IMG/VR virus record: IMGVR_UViG_3300021962_000041
Coordinates: 32,001-96,000 of that record
Strand: one strand, 5' to 3'
Origin: a virus
DNA: 64,000 nucleotides
Shown: piece by piece, positions 10,840 to 20,496 of the stretch
How the letters are laid out: each line of letters opens with the position of its first letter
Numbering within the stretch: position 1 is the first letter of the stretch
The notes under the pieces: model-generated
Told to the model about the DNA's origin: nothing
What the model saw: the letters and a program-made list of their open reading frames with translations, nothing else
The model's database searches: none
Made by a program: the position numbers and the translations under genes

Positions 10840-12747
10840 TTATCCCCTCTTTAGATCTCCGTTTGAATAGCTTGAAGTGACCTTAAATCCAACACCAGAT
10901 ATTTGTTCACCAGATGTGATTGTATCCTTAACCATATTTATGGTGGAATTGTCGATGTTAAAACTTAGATATAGATCCTTTAATCCAATAACATCATTAG
11001 ACTCTGGATATGCCTGAACTTCAACTACATTATTTGCCTCAATGGTAGAAGAGATATTCAAAGTATTTAATAGAATTTCACCCTTTATGTAATCTACAGA
11101 TCCTGCAGATTTAACCACAACTACAGGAGATCCAACATCTTCAGATTCTTTGACGATTGAAATGATACCTTTTCCACTGCCATCTGGGTTACCAGATGCA
11201 TCTTTATTAGGAATATCTGTAAGATATACTATGTCAGAAGATCCAATGATTGTAAACCCAGTACTTTTAATATTATATCCTTTTGGATCAATATGGAATT
11301 GATTTCCAAAGCACAACTCATATTGTGCATATTGATTTATCGATGCTCTTAGATTTCTTCTTACCTTAACTTTTGTAATATTCGAAGTTATTGCTTCGTC
11401 TACTGTGTCTATAAGTTTTACAACTTTACTATATCTAAATCTACCACCAAATTTATTTACATCTGATGATTGTGAGTATAAAGTAATCGAATTTAAAATA
11501 TTTGATTTTAAATTATCAATGCTTGATACTTTTGATGGATTATAATAAACATAAGAGTCAATCTCAACGAATAGAACTTGAAGATCTACAATAGATTGAT
11601 TAATTCCTGATAAACTATAATTTTTTAATTTAGAAAGAATTTGCCTCTTGTCAAAATCAGAGATAAAATCTCCATTTTTTGGTTTAATACTAATGATTAC
11701 ATTTCCATATTGAGGAGGATCTAATTCTTCTCCACCAACTATAGAAACTGATTCTGTATTTGGATATATTTCACGAATAATGGACTCATAATCTCTAGAT
11801 GTAACAGCACGATAATTTGAAGAGTATAATCTAGGTGCAAAATACTTGATAGAATCTACACTTTCAATATCACCACCATTGATCGATGGTTGAGTTGTTG
11901 TAACATTTATTGAAGTTGATGGTAAAATAACTTCATTTGATGATCCAAGAAGTCTACCAGAAAAATCAAAACTTCTTGCACCATTCCCATCAGCACCATC
12001 AGTAACGATATATGATGCAGTAATTACAGCGTTGTTTTCTAGTTTTTTACCGAAGATACCATCTCCAAATAACAATTGATATCTTTCATCTTTAATTTCT
12101 TGAATCAAATAAGTTTCAGATGTTGAATTAATATTTAAAATACTTGATGTTAAAGAATATTCTCTACCTTTTCCCAAATCTGCAACGGACTTTACATAAA
12201 CATTAATTGTTGATGTATCAATGTACGCATTATCCAATACAAATTTTTGATCTAAAGACCCATCAACTAGGAATTGATTGACCAAGTATGATCCCTGATA
12301 AATTGTGATGTCTTGAAATGTTGCAACACCATTATTAATGGTTGTTGTTATTGATTCTGGAATCGAAAACAGATACGTTGTATCATTAATACTTCCTACA
12401 CACACCAGACCCGCCTCTAGGGTGCATGTTGGAGATGTGCTTGATGTTTGTACCTGAAATGAAACGATTGCCTTAGAAGCAGTTCTAGAGCGAGGTACGT
12501 ACCCAATATTTCTTGCTAGTGCAACTACATTTTCTCTGAGAGTTGCAGAATCCAGGAAGGATTCGTTCACAATCATATTAGAGTTAAAAGCAGTTACGTA
12601 TGTGTTATACGCAAGAATATCAATCAGTACAGAAAGATTAGATCCATCAAAGTCAAAGTCAGTAAAATTTGAATTTGCTCTAATATAATCTTTGATGGAC
12701 TTCTTTATATTGTCATAATCTAGATTTGTAAATTGTGTAAAAGGCAT
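10840..12747 (-). CDS. gp6: Baseplate wedge subunit gp6
   Basis: N-term LDYDNIKKSIKDY..FTDFDFDGSNLSVLIDILAYNTY..NESFLDSATLRENVV and RAVTSRDY motif; adjacent to gp25. Confidence 0.93.
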   Translation of the reverse strand: MPFTQFTNLDYDNIKKSIKDYIRANSNFTDFDFDGSNLSVLIDILAYNTYVTAFNSNMIVNESFLDSATLRENVVALARNIGYVPRSRTASKAIVSFQVQTSSTSPTCTLEAGLVCVGSINDTTYLFSIPESITTTINNGVATFQDITIYQGSYLVNQFLVDGSLDQKFVLDNAYIDTSTINVYVKSVADLGKGREYSLTSSILNINSTSETYLIQEIKDERYQLLFGDGIFGKKLENNAVITASYIVTDGADGNGARSFDFSGRLLGSSNEVILPSTSINVTTTQPSINGGDIESVDSIKYFAPRLYSSNYRAVTSRDYESIIREIYPNTESVSIVGGEELDPPQYGNVIISIKPKNGDFISDFDKRQILSKLKNYSLSGINQSIVDLQVLFVEIDSYVYYNPSKVSSIDNLKSNILNSITLYSQSSDVNKFGGRFRYSKVVKLIDTVDEAITSNITKVKVRRNLRASINQYAQYELCFGNQFHIDPKGYNIKSTGFTIIGSSDIVYLTDIPNKDASGNPDGSGKGIISIVKESEDVGSPVVVVKSAGSVDYIKGEILLNTLNISSTIEANNVVEVQAYPESNDVIGLKDLYLSFNIDNSTINMVKDTITSGEQISGVGFKVTSSYSNGDLKRG

Positions 12748-12748
12748 T

Positions 12749-13150
12749 TTACCTTGTGCTTTCTAAGATGAACCTAAATTGTTGCTGTGGAAAATCTTGC
12801 CCAATAATGTCATATTGAATTGAAATTTCAAAGGTATTTTCATCAGGAGATGGTGTCACATATACCTTAACATTTTCAATTCTTTCTTCATATGTCCTCA
12901 AAGATGTTTTAATTTCCTCTTCAATCAGCAATGCTGAACCAACATCGACAAAATCAAAAAGTAATTCATTAACTCTTGAACCAAAATTTGGGTTAAAGAA
13001 TTTTTCAGATGGAATGGTTTCAATAATATTTCTCACAGAACGCTTTATTGCAGATTCATTCTTCAAGATCTGTAAATCTTTAGTGACAGGATGAGGTTCA
13101 AAAGATAAACTAATATCCTTAAATGTTCTTGATATTCTCTCTACTGCCAT
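12749..13150 (-). CDS. gp25: Baseplate wedge subunit gp25
   Basis: FKDISLSF..HPVT..AIKRSVRNI..EKFFNPNFGS..YEERI pattern; 133 aa. Confidence 0.92.
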   Translation of the reverse strand: MAVERISRTFKDISLSFEPHPVTKDLQILKNESAIKRSVRNIIETIPSEKFFNPNFGSRVNELLFDFVDVGSALLIEEEIKTSLRTYEERIENVKVYVTPSPDENTFEISIQYDIIGQDFPQQQFRFILESTR

Positions 13151-13182
13151 TGGAGACTAAGATTTTCTTCATTTATTTAGGA

Positions 13183-13425
13183 TCATTTCCATGGAGATCC
13201 GTATGTTGGCTCAGTTCCATAGGTCCAATCATCATAGTCTTCATCGTTACGAATTTTTTCGTGTAGATCAGTTTGTTTCTTTAAATCATGCTTTGGTGCA
13301 GAATCGTGCATGACTTCCTGAATGATTCTTTTTGGTGGTGCCGAATCGTAATCAGTAATCAATTTTGTGGTTCCCCACATCTCTCTCATGTAATTTGAAT
13401 CTCTATCTGTAGGTAGATTTGACAT
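13183..13425 (-). CDS. Hypothetical protein (80 aa)
   Basis: ORF with AGGAG RBS just upstream. Confidence 0.75.
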   Translation of the reverse strand: MSNLPTDRDSNYMREMWGTTKLITDYDSAPPKRIIQEVMHDSAPKHDLKKQTDLHEKIRNDEDYDDWTYGTEPTYGSPWK

Positions 13426-13494
13426 TTTAGCTCCTGTTTTAGTGAATAAAACAGAACTTTTATGAAGGAGGTTGCTATCTCCTTAAGTATTTAA

Positions 13495-13836
13495 CTACCG
13501 ATCAACTTCTCTAAGTCGATAGTTATCAGAATTAAGATATTTTAGCATTTCTAAGGCAATGAGTCTTGGGTTTCCTTCCCCGCAAGTGTACACATCAATT
13601 GCCAAACACCCATTTTCTGGCCAAGTATGGCAAGAAACATGACTTTCTGAGAGTGCAATAACAACTGTGCATCCTTGTGGAACAAAACAATGGGCAAAAA
13701 TGTTAAGAATTGTCATTTTTGCACGTTTAATACCACTCTCCATCGCTGCTTGGAGTGATATTGCATCATTTAAAAGAGCAAAATCTACGTCATACACCTC
13801 TAAGAGCAGGTGTTTACCCATTGAAAAGTATTCCAA
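13495..13836 (-). CDS. speD: S-adenosylmethionine decarboxylase proenzyme (likely start ATG 13821)
   Basis: GKHLLLE N-term, ESHVSCHTWPE pyruvoyl self-cleavage motif, DVYTCG. Confidence 0.92.
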   Translation of the reverse strand: MEYFSMGKHLLLEVYDVDFALLNDAISLQAAMESGIKRAKMTILNIFAHCFVPQGCTVVIALSESHVSCHTWPENGCLAIDVYTCGEGNPRLIALEMLKYLNSDNYRLREVDR

Positions 13837-13857
13837 CTCAGTTTTTTCGCAAAAAAT

Positions 13858-14313
13858 CTATTTATTTCTTATTTTTTGGACCATCTCATAATCTTTTTCT
13901 AAAATTTTCTTCAAATATTCATCATCCCACAAGTCATAATAACTTGTCTTTGCCAAAATTTGTCTCATTTTGGTTAAAAATTGAGAATCTTGATATAAAA
14001 CTAAGTTATACTTGGCATTATTGGTTTGTACACCATTAATAAAACTATCTTCATCACGAAAATCATCAAAAAATTTGTATTTCGGGTACTTTTGATTTAA
14101 TTCTTCTATTTTTTGATATCCATAATCAATGTCTAGGTCATCTTCAACTACAAAAATAACGACACCAAACTCTTCATCGAGAGGTTTGATGTCGTTTATC
14201 GAGCAATTTACGATTTTATAAGTATTTGCTTTTGCAAATGGACAAATAGAATGACCTTTTAGATCTGGATGAGATTTTTTAATAATATCAATCCAGTTCT
14301 CTAGGTCTTCCAT
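13858..14313 (-). CDS. Hypothetical protein with CPFAK motif (DUF1415-like)
   Basis: 151-aa ORF; W..CPFA pattern. Confidence 0.65.
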   Translation of the reverse strand: MEDLENWIDIIKKSHPDLKGHSICPFAKANTYKIVNCSINDIKPLDEEFGVVIFVVEDDLDIDYGYQKIEELNQKYPKYKFFDDFRDEDSFINGVQTNNAKYNLVLYQDSQFLTKMRQILAKTSYYDLWDDEYLKKILEKDYEMVQKIRNK

Positions 14314-14316
14314 ATA

Positions 14317-14463
14317 TTATTTTCCTTGCCCTCTATACTTTTTACGAGCCGAGTTACGCGAGGTAGCGGCATATTTAGTTCCACCACCATCTCCTTGCCG
14401 AGACTTTTTCGGCGGACCAGGAATATAAGAGCTTTTATTCAGACCTACCTTTGACTTTGCCAT
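14317..14463 (-). CDS. Small basic protein (48 aa, not in track)
   Basis: Manual translation MAKSKVGLNKSSYIPGPPKKSRQGDGGGTKYAATSRNSARKKYRGQGK; fills the gap between neighbours. Confidence 0.75.
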   Translation of the reverse strand: MAKSKVGLNKSSYIPGPPKKSRQGDGGGTKYAATSRNSARKKYRGQGK

Positions 14464-14656
14464 TGTTTATAAGACTCCAGTGTTTTCCAATAATTTCAGT
14501 TTCTACTTCGTCAGGGTGTGGAGTACCTGTCTGATAATATTGAATTGACAGGTCCTCCATGATTTCGAAGTACTCTTCCTCTGTAAGATGAGTATAAATT
14601 TTACGCCCATTACAGAGGATATTATATTTTGTATCAGATAATTCTTGTTTTTTCAT
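14435..14656 (-). CDS. Hypothetical protein
   Basis: C-terminal part of track ORF 14435-14785; start at MKKQELSD avoids a long overlap. Confidence 0.65.
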   Translation of the reverse strand: MKKQELSDTKYNILCNGRKIYTHLTEEEYFEIMEDLSIQYYQTGTPHPDEVETEIIGKHWSLINNGKVKGRSE

Positions 14657-15386
14657 GACCAACACGAATGCGAGGATCGCACCAGATTTCGAAACCTGCT
14701 TCTTTTGCATCAAGGCAGAAAGAAACGTCTTCGCCACACATATCCTGAACTTCGCCACTTTCAAAGACTTGCATCTTAGGAGCAAACCAGGGATACTTCA
14801 TCTCAGGATGCTCAAAGACACCTTTCTTAATCAGAAGCCAACCAAATCCAGTGTAGTCAACAGTAAATGGTTTGCGACGCTTTGAGATACTTTCAGTCGT
14901 TTCATGATTCATTACACCACCATTACTACGGAAATCATCTTCTTCTAACCAGTGAGCAACAGATGTGGTCACACCATCTTCCGTTGCATACCAACCAGCA
15001 GCAATATCCTTTTCCATCAGAACAAGTTGCCAGAACTTATCAGTATTGAAAACAATATCACTATCAATCCAAAGTTGCCAATCATAAGGCAGTTTTCCAT
15101 CCCAGGGAACTTGATCTGGTCCACGGAGAACGTTTGCGCCAAGACACTTACAACGTGCAAAATTAACCATCGAGGAATAATCTTGCGAAATTTGGATGCT
15201 AGCGCCAGCTTGTACCAAGTCAAAGCACATCTGCACGAAGCTTTTTAAGTAAGTGTAAGAAACACCACGCCCAGGGAGACAAAACACAATGGTCTTACCT
15301 CTTACCAATTCTCTGGCTTTATCATAGTCCCACTCTTGTTCTGTTGTCTGCGGGGCTTTTGCTTTTACAGTAAATCCTTTAGCCAT
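14634..15386 (-). CDS. GT-A-fold glycosyltransferase-like protein
   Basis: LWIDSDIVF (DxD), GFGWLLIK, GEDVSFC, RVGHEK motifs. Confidence 0.7.
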   Translation of the reverse strand: MAKGFTVKAKAPQTTEQEWDYDKARELVRGKTIVFCLPGRGVSYTYLKSFVQMCFDLVQAGASIQISQDYSSMVNFARCKCLGANVLRGPDQVPWDGKLPYDWQLWIDSDIVFNTDKFWQLVLMEKDIAAGWYATEDGVTTSVAHWLEEDDFRSNGGVMNHETTESISKRRKPFTVDYTGFGWLLIKKGVFEHPEMKYPWFAPKMQVFESGEVQDMCGEDVSFCLDAKEAGFEIWCDPRIRVGHEKTRII

Positions 15387-15405
15387 AATAGAATGCGTTT
15401 ACTTC

Positions 15406-15437
15406 AGTATCATACAATATTATGTAGTGGTTGTCAA
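15406..15437 (-). promoter_or_regulatory. sigma70-type promoter
   Basis: TTGACA-N17-TATGAT on the minus strand, upstream of 15386. Confidence 0.7.
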
Positions 15438-15607
15438 TTACTCCGTTCTGTAATGATAACCTCATTACCTTCTAGGGCAATCCGAACTTCCGTGTCTTCG
15501 TACCACTCTAGTTCATTGATTATCTCTTCAGGTATTGTTATAAAATACTCCCCCGTTATTGGATCGACTTGTACGGGCACAAATTTATCTCCGGAATTTT
15601 TTCTCAT
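15434..15607 (-). CDS. AbrB/MazE/SpoVT-like small DNA-binding protein
   Basis: YFITIPEEIINELEW..DTEV.I.LEGNEVII pattern; 57 aa from ATG 15607. Confidence 0.7.
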   Translation of the reverse strand: MRKNSGDKFVPVQVDPITGEYFITIPEEIINELEWYEDTEVRIALEGNEVIITERSN

Positions 15608-15782
15608 ACTATGAAACTTATTTTTAATCTTATATATGGGGAAAAAATTTTTAAGTCGGGTGGAACATTTTGATCGCTTTCGTAACACTTTGTAGGTTAG
15701 GGGGACCCATCGATTTTATACGGGGGCGCCCCGCCCGAACCAACGGGACGGGGGCGCTGCTGCTGCACGAACGAAGGGGGCG

Positions 15783-16921
15783 TCACCCCTGCTGCGTGAC
15801 CCACCCGCTCACGGGGCAGCCCTTATAATCGCCAGCGTGTGCCTGGCGGAAAGTCTCAGTCCAAATGGTAGCGGGGTGACCCACGGGGGCGGTGATGGCG
15901 TTAAAGTTGCTGCCGTCGTTGCGGTAGGCGACCCACTCAAGGGAGCGGGTGGAGAGGCGGGAAGCGGGGGAGAGGCGCATCGGGTCAGGTCGTTTGATCT
16001 GAAAGAATTCTACAGGCAACCCCCCACCGAATCGGCAGGGGGTGTGCGGTTGTCAGAGTGTCACCAGATCACGGGGTTGCCCTGAAGATCGGTTACATTG
16101 CCCTGCTGATCATCTTGGGCAATTGATTCAAGAATCCGCAGGATTTGCTCTCCGTTGTTACCTTGCTTCAGGAGAGAGATTGCCAGGGATTGAGTCATGA
16201 TGAAAAAGGAAAGTGTACGGGTGGCAGTCTTTAAAGGCGCTGCCGTTCCTGTTAATCAGTTCAGACGCATTCCAGAAAAGAAAGGAATTGTGCCATAATC
16301 TTTAGAGCAGAAGAACCACTGAAAGTTCTTCTGAAAGATACCTTCACCAGGGCAACCATGCTCAGAAAGAATAGCATTCAAACGGGATTTGGTAGTGTTA
16401 GAACGCCACCCACCATCGAACAATTCGATCCAGGTTTCACCAATTCGGGCGATCAGATTGCCGTGCAGGTAAACATCAGAAACGTTGGAGCAGTTGATAA
16501 CTTCGGTGTTTGCCATCTTGAAATCTTTGCCAGCGGTGATGGCAGCATTCATCAGACGTTCGATCTTACGCATGGGAGGGGGGTGTCGTATGAACTGAAA
16601 GAAGTCTACAGGGTCAGTCCCTGATGATGTCGGCGGTGAGTGCCAGTGCGTCAGCTGTCACATGGCGGAGCGGTTGCAGGGGGTGCCAGAATATTGTCAC
16701 CAGTGCCACCGCTAGGATTGCTTTCCCTAAGGTCACAGAATGACGGGGGCAAAGGGTTTGTGAAGGATGCCATAATCTTCGATGGATTGATCTAAGATAG
16801 CATCGATTGCTTCATTGATACGCTTCCAGGAATTAATCGGAGCGACAACATCCTGACAGGTTTTCTTCCAGGATCCGTTAACTTTAACCACAACAGACTT
16901 GGTGAGAGTTTGTTTGATCAT
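15783..16921 (-). other. Small early genes: 15783-15980, 16061-16198, 16256-16573, 16733-16921 (hypothetical)
   Basis: Short minus-strand ORFs placed directly downstream of palindrome/-10 promoter elements. Confidence 0.7.
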
Positions 16922-17063
16922 GGTTTGTGAAGTAATGGGGTGAGGGGTGCCCTTAGTTCCCCCGTTGTGGCAGTTGTGCCACTTCCTAGAGCAAGTGAAG
17001 GATCTTCCCCAGGGACCTGTCCGATGGCGGGTGGTTTCTCTGGGAGGGTTCGCTTCTGAAGTA

Positions 17064-17121
17064 ATTATAGGGGGTCAGGGAGGCAGATCAACGGGGTGTG
17101 TGCCACCTCTTCAACTGGCAC
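17064..17121 (-). promoter_or_regulatory. Early promoter element (type copy): palindrome plus -10
   Basis: GTGCCA-N10-TGGCAC at 17100-17121, 30 bp from TATAAT (17064-17069). Confidence 0.8.
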
Positions 17122-18028
17122 ACTGAAAGCGTCCGTTGTTGAAGTTAGCATTAGAAAAGACCTCACGATTGACCAGTTTGAACATACCAAACTCATTGGT
17201 CATCACATAACCTTCGGCGTCGATTCTGTTGCCGTAAAGGTATGCTGCAGGACCATCATTGCGGCAGAGGTACAAACAATCATCTTTGATTGACTTCACC
17301 AATGCCCACAAACGCAGCAGGTTAGCATCACAATCAAAGTCATCAGGGTTGATCTCTTCACCAGCACGAATGCAGGCATTAATCTGCTGTTTGATCTTTG
17401 CCGCTTCCTTATCAGTTACGAACTCACAGGCAGTAGACATTTGACGGGCAAAGTCGCACACTTCCTTAACATCATCAAAGCAGCAGGGATTGCCACTCCG
17501 ACTCCAAGGATCGTGCTGAATGTATGCTTGGGGTTTGACAAATTTCACATAAGGTGTATCCGTGATGATAAAGTTCATCGGATACGCTACAGCATCACGA
17601 AGATCATTCTCTGCAATGTAGTAAGTATGAGGAGCAACAATAATCTTCTCAGAAACTACCTCAGGGAACTGATAAGTGAGCGTGTTAGGAGTATACTCAG
17701 TATCGCCACCAAAACCAATAAAATCGCCTTGAAAGATACCGTTTGAATGAGGCAACCAATCAAAACAAGCGTGCAGAATGTTTGCAACCTGCCCTGCATG
17801 ATTTTGATCGATTTCATCATGAGAATGATTGATCTTGATTTTAACTTTGTTGAACACAGATTTGGTGCCAACGAAGAACTTACCATTGGCGGGATTGATA
17901 CCCCAGACGATGGCAGGTGCGCCGTCAATCTTAACACTCATGGTGCCAGGATTCACGAACCAATCCAGAACAGAAAGATCACCCGTCAGGATGGTATCTT
18001 CAGGGTGTTCGAGGTGTGTGTTTTTCAT
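17111..18028 (-). CDS. ATP-dependent ligase-like nucleotidyltransferase (DUF6267-like)
   Basis: HLEHPED N-term; VKIDGAP (motif I KxDG), FQGDFIG, EGYV, FKLVNR motifs. Confidence 0.7.
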   Translation of the reverse strand: MKNTHLEHPEDTILTGDLSVLDWFVNPGTMSVKIDGAPAIVWGINPANGKFFVGTKSVFNKVKIKINHSHDEIDQNHAGQVANILHACFDWLPHSNGIFQGDFIGFGGDTEYTPNTLTYQFPEVVSEKIIVAPHTYYIAENDLRDAVAYPMNFIITDTPYVKFVKPQAYIQHDPWSRSGNPCCFDDVKEVCDFARQMSTACEFVTDKEAAKIKQQINACIRAGEEINPDDFDCDANLLRLWALVKSIKDDCLYLCRNDGPAAYLYGNRIDAEGYVMTNEFGMFKLVNREVFSNANFNNGRFQCAS

Positions 18029-18034
18029 GCTGTT

Positions 18035-18093
18035 AGTATGGCACGGAATCAGGCGGAGCACAAGGGGGTGTGTGCCACCTTGTCAACTGTCAC
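18035..18093 (-). promoter_or_regulatory. Early promoter element
   Basis: GTGCCA-N10-TGTCAC 18072-18093, 31 bp from CATACT. Confidence 0.75.
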
Positions 18094-20071
18094 AGGAAGG
18101 TGGAAGGATCCCCGTAGTCTCCGACAATGTTACCGAAGCAGTCACGGATCTCAGCGTATCCGAACTCCTCAGAGAGGTCCAGGCAAATCAGCATGGCACG
18201 ATCCAGATCGGTCGTGGTCTCATTCTGCTCAGGGGCAGAGGGGCAAAGGATTTCGTAAGTCATGCAGACATTATAGGCACGGGGTCGGACGCTTTGGGGG
18301 CAGCAGTGGACACTCCGCCAACTGGCACAGCGAAGCGGCCGCCCTGGGTATAATTAATCCTCCAGAAGATGCGGGTAGTATTCTTCTACCTCTGCGATCA
18401 ATTCTTTATCCGAATAGTTATCATAACTCTCACTCATAGAATCATACAAACACGCCATCATGGTTTTGATGTCCATATCATCCAGGATTTGCTGAATGAG
18501 TTGATCTTGGAGTTCAGAACGATTCATGTTAGTTGTTGTTGAAAAGTGCGGTGATCTTGTCTGCGATAGAGTAGTAATCCTCTACAGGATCCTGTTCTTC
18601 ATCTTCACAAAATTGAACATTGTTAGAAACAAGATTGAAGATCAAATCCCATTCAGATTGTGTAAAGAACTCTTTGACTGCGTGCTTACCAACAGCGTCA
18701 TTCATGATGGTTTCAGTAATCGTAGTTGGAGTTGATGTAAGATTCTACATTGAACTTCTCATCTTTCTCCCATTCTTCTTTATACTCAATCACGTCGAAG
18801 ATCTCACCAGGAGCATCAGCAATCTCAGACCAGAGTTCATCAAACATGGTGTGTCTCTCAGGAACAAAGTTAGTATGGCACGAACTGGGGGGCATCGCAA
18901 CCCCCCTTGTACCAGTTCAGAGATCGTCCATCATCTCATTGATCTCAATCCCATCAATCTTAGGATCATCCCAACGGCAACCATCTGGGGTCTCTTTGCT
19001 ACCACAATCACGAAGCAATTGCACTAATTCTTGATAGTTACTGCAGGTCTTGGCAGCATCATACAAACCCTCATCATTTCCGATCCAGAGTGCAACATTC
19101 CACGTTTCCCAGTTTGCCCAACCGTTGTAAGTTGCAGTGCTCATCGGTGTCCTTCAGGTGAACGAATGTAATGTAGAACGGATCAGGGAGAATGTCTAGG
19201 GGGTGTGTGCCAGTTCTCAGATTGGCACAAGCGAATATTGATTAATCATAATGTCACGTACATTTTCACGATCGAAGCTATCGCCAGCAAAATCTGCACC
19301 CGAATTAATATACTGAATGGTGGCTTCGATGATCATAACATCCGTGGCACCCATGTCGTAGATACCACCAGGACCATAGAAAGATCTCACGTACTGAACG
19401 AAATTCATTACACAAACTCCGCAAGGTAGTAATCAAGGGGCAGCTCAAGTTCTGCTGCTTTCTGTTCCCATTCATCCCATTCTTCAGGGGACGCATCATT
19501 CAGGAAATCTTCCCGAGTATACTCAAATGCAGGACCACACATAATCAGATCACCGAAACGTTGACTTCTTTGATGTTCAAACCACAGAGTTGGTTGTATA
19601 CTCGCTTGCTGATAATGTCGCAAGCATTCTTGAGTTTTGAACGCTCATACCAAATTGTACACAAACCATCGTAGGTTTCGACACGAATTCGAATGTCTTT
19701 CACGAAGCAATTCCCGACGACGAATGTAGAATATCCCATCAGGTGGGCAATTGCAACTAGTCTTGTGACAGTTCAAAAAGTGGCACAAGATCGGTTGAAT
19801 TCCGATGATCTTCGTGCTAATAGGGAATTATATCATTATCAATAAGATCTTGTTATTGAGAATCAATAAGGACTAGTAATTGAGAATAAGATCCAATGTT
19901 CGAACTGTCACATCAGAAGATATCGCTGTAATCTTTGATGCTAACATTGACATCCTCATCACCTTCTAGGTGTAGGAGTTCACGCCAATTAATACCTTCT
20001 AGTTCTAGATCTTCATAACACATAAGATCTAGTGTAACTCGTACCATGCGCTTTGCGTGTGTGGTAGGCAT
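18090..20071 (-). other. Small, mostly acidic early genes: 18090-18263, 18354-18527, 18529-18705, 18713-18847, 18917-19144, 19217-19408, 19408-19542, 19545-~19703, 19913-20071
   Basis: Tightly packed minus-strand ORFs (several translated manually), interleaved with promoter elements. Confidence 0.7.
19170..19228 (-). promoter_or_regulatory. Early promoter element
   Basis: GTGCCA-N10-TGGCAC 19207-19228, 31 bp from TACATT. Confidence 0.75.
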
Positions 20072-20101
20072 AAGAATCTCGTGTATGTGTACTAGATTAT
20101 A

Positions 20102-20251
20102 TCATGCATAATGACGATATGCAAGCGTTTCGTAATCTTGCCCATCTCGTGCATAATCCTCGTCGAGATCTGCATCTTGTGCATAATACTCGTCGAGATC
20201 GTATGTGTAATCTGATGCGTATGTATAGTCGAGATCGTAGTCGTCGTACAT
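20102..20251 (-). CDS. Asp/Tyr-rich acidic peptide (49 aa)
   Basis: MYDDYDLDYTYASDYTYDLDEYYAQDADLDEDYARDGQDYETLAYRHYA; lies downstream of TTGCAA-N18-TACAAT. Confidence 0.6.
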   Translation of the reverse strand: MYDDYDLDYTYASDYTYDLDEYYAQDADLDEDYARDGQDYETLAYRHYA

Positions 20252-20410
20252 AATGCTCGTCGAGATTTGTGTGATGCTTATGTATTGTAGCATAAAGCTC
20301 GACGAGATTGCAAGCCCTTATGATGCACACGTCTCGTCGAGATTCATGATAGTATATATACACTCTTGTCGAGATTTATGTGCTTCTCGTAACATAAGTC
20401 TCGTCGAGAT
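20159..20410. repeat. Array of 8 palindromic repeats, core CTCGWCGAGAT
   Basis: Copies start at 20159, 20189, 20225 (degenerate), 20256, 20298, 20333, 20365 (one mismatch) and 20400. Confidence 0.9.
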
Positions 20411-20437
20411 TCTAGCACGAACTTATAAGAATGTCAA
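20409..20437 (-). promoter_or_regulatory. Near-consensus sigma70 promoter reading into the repeat array
   Basis: TTGACA-N17-TAGAAT. Confidence 0.75.
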
Positions 20438-20467
20438 GGTCTGGGAATTTCTGGGCGTCCCCGGGGG

Positions 20468-20496
20468 TTGACAAACTGCGCGTCTTATGATACGCT
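20468..20496 (+). promoter_or_regulatory. Divergent sigma70 promoter
   Basis: TTGACA-N17-TACGCT with extended TG. Confidence 0.65.

Noticed and set aside
16213-16250. Hairpin GGCAG..CTGCC between two early ORFs
   Set aside because: Single copy with no adjacent U-tract; nothing further to support a function.
17116-17121. TGGCAC as a sigma54 -24 box
   Set aside because: No TTGC -12 element at the right spacing, the motif is half of a palindrome, and cyanobacteria are not known to have sigma54.
19950-20100. Cluster of TCTAG/CTAG words
   Set aside because: Mostly explained by Leu-Glu/Leu-Asp codons of the small ORF 19913-20071.
20159-20410. CRISPR array
   Set aside because: Repeat core is only about 11 bp and degenerate, spacers are short (19-31 nt) and partly similar to each other, part of the array is in a plausible ORF, and no cas gene is visible.
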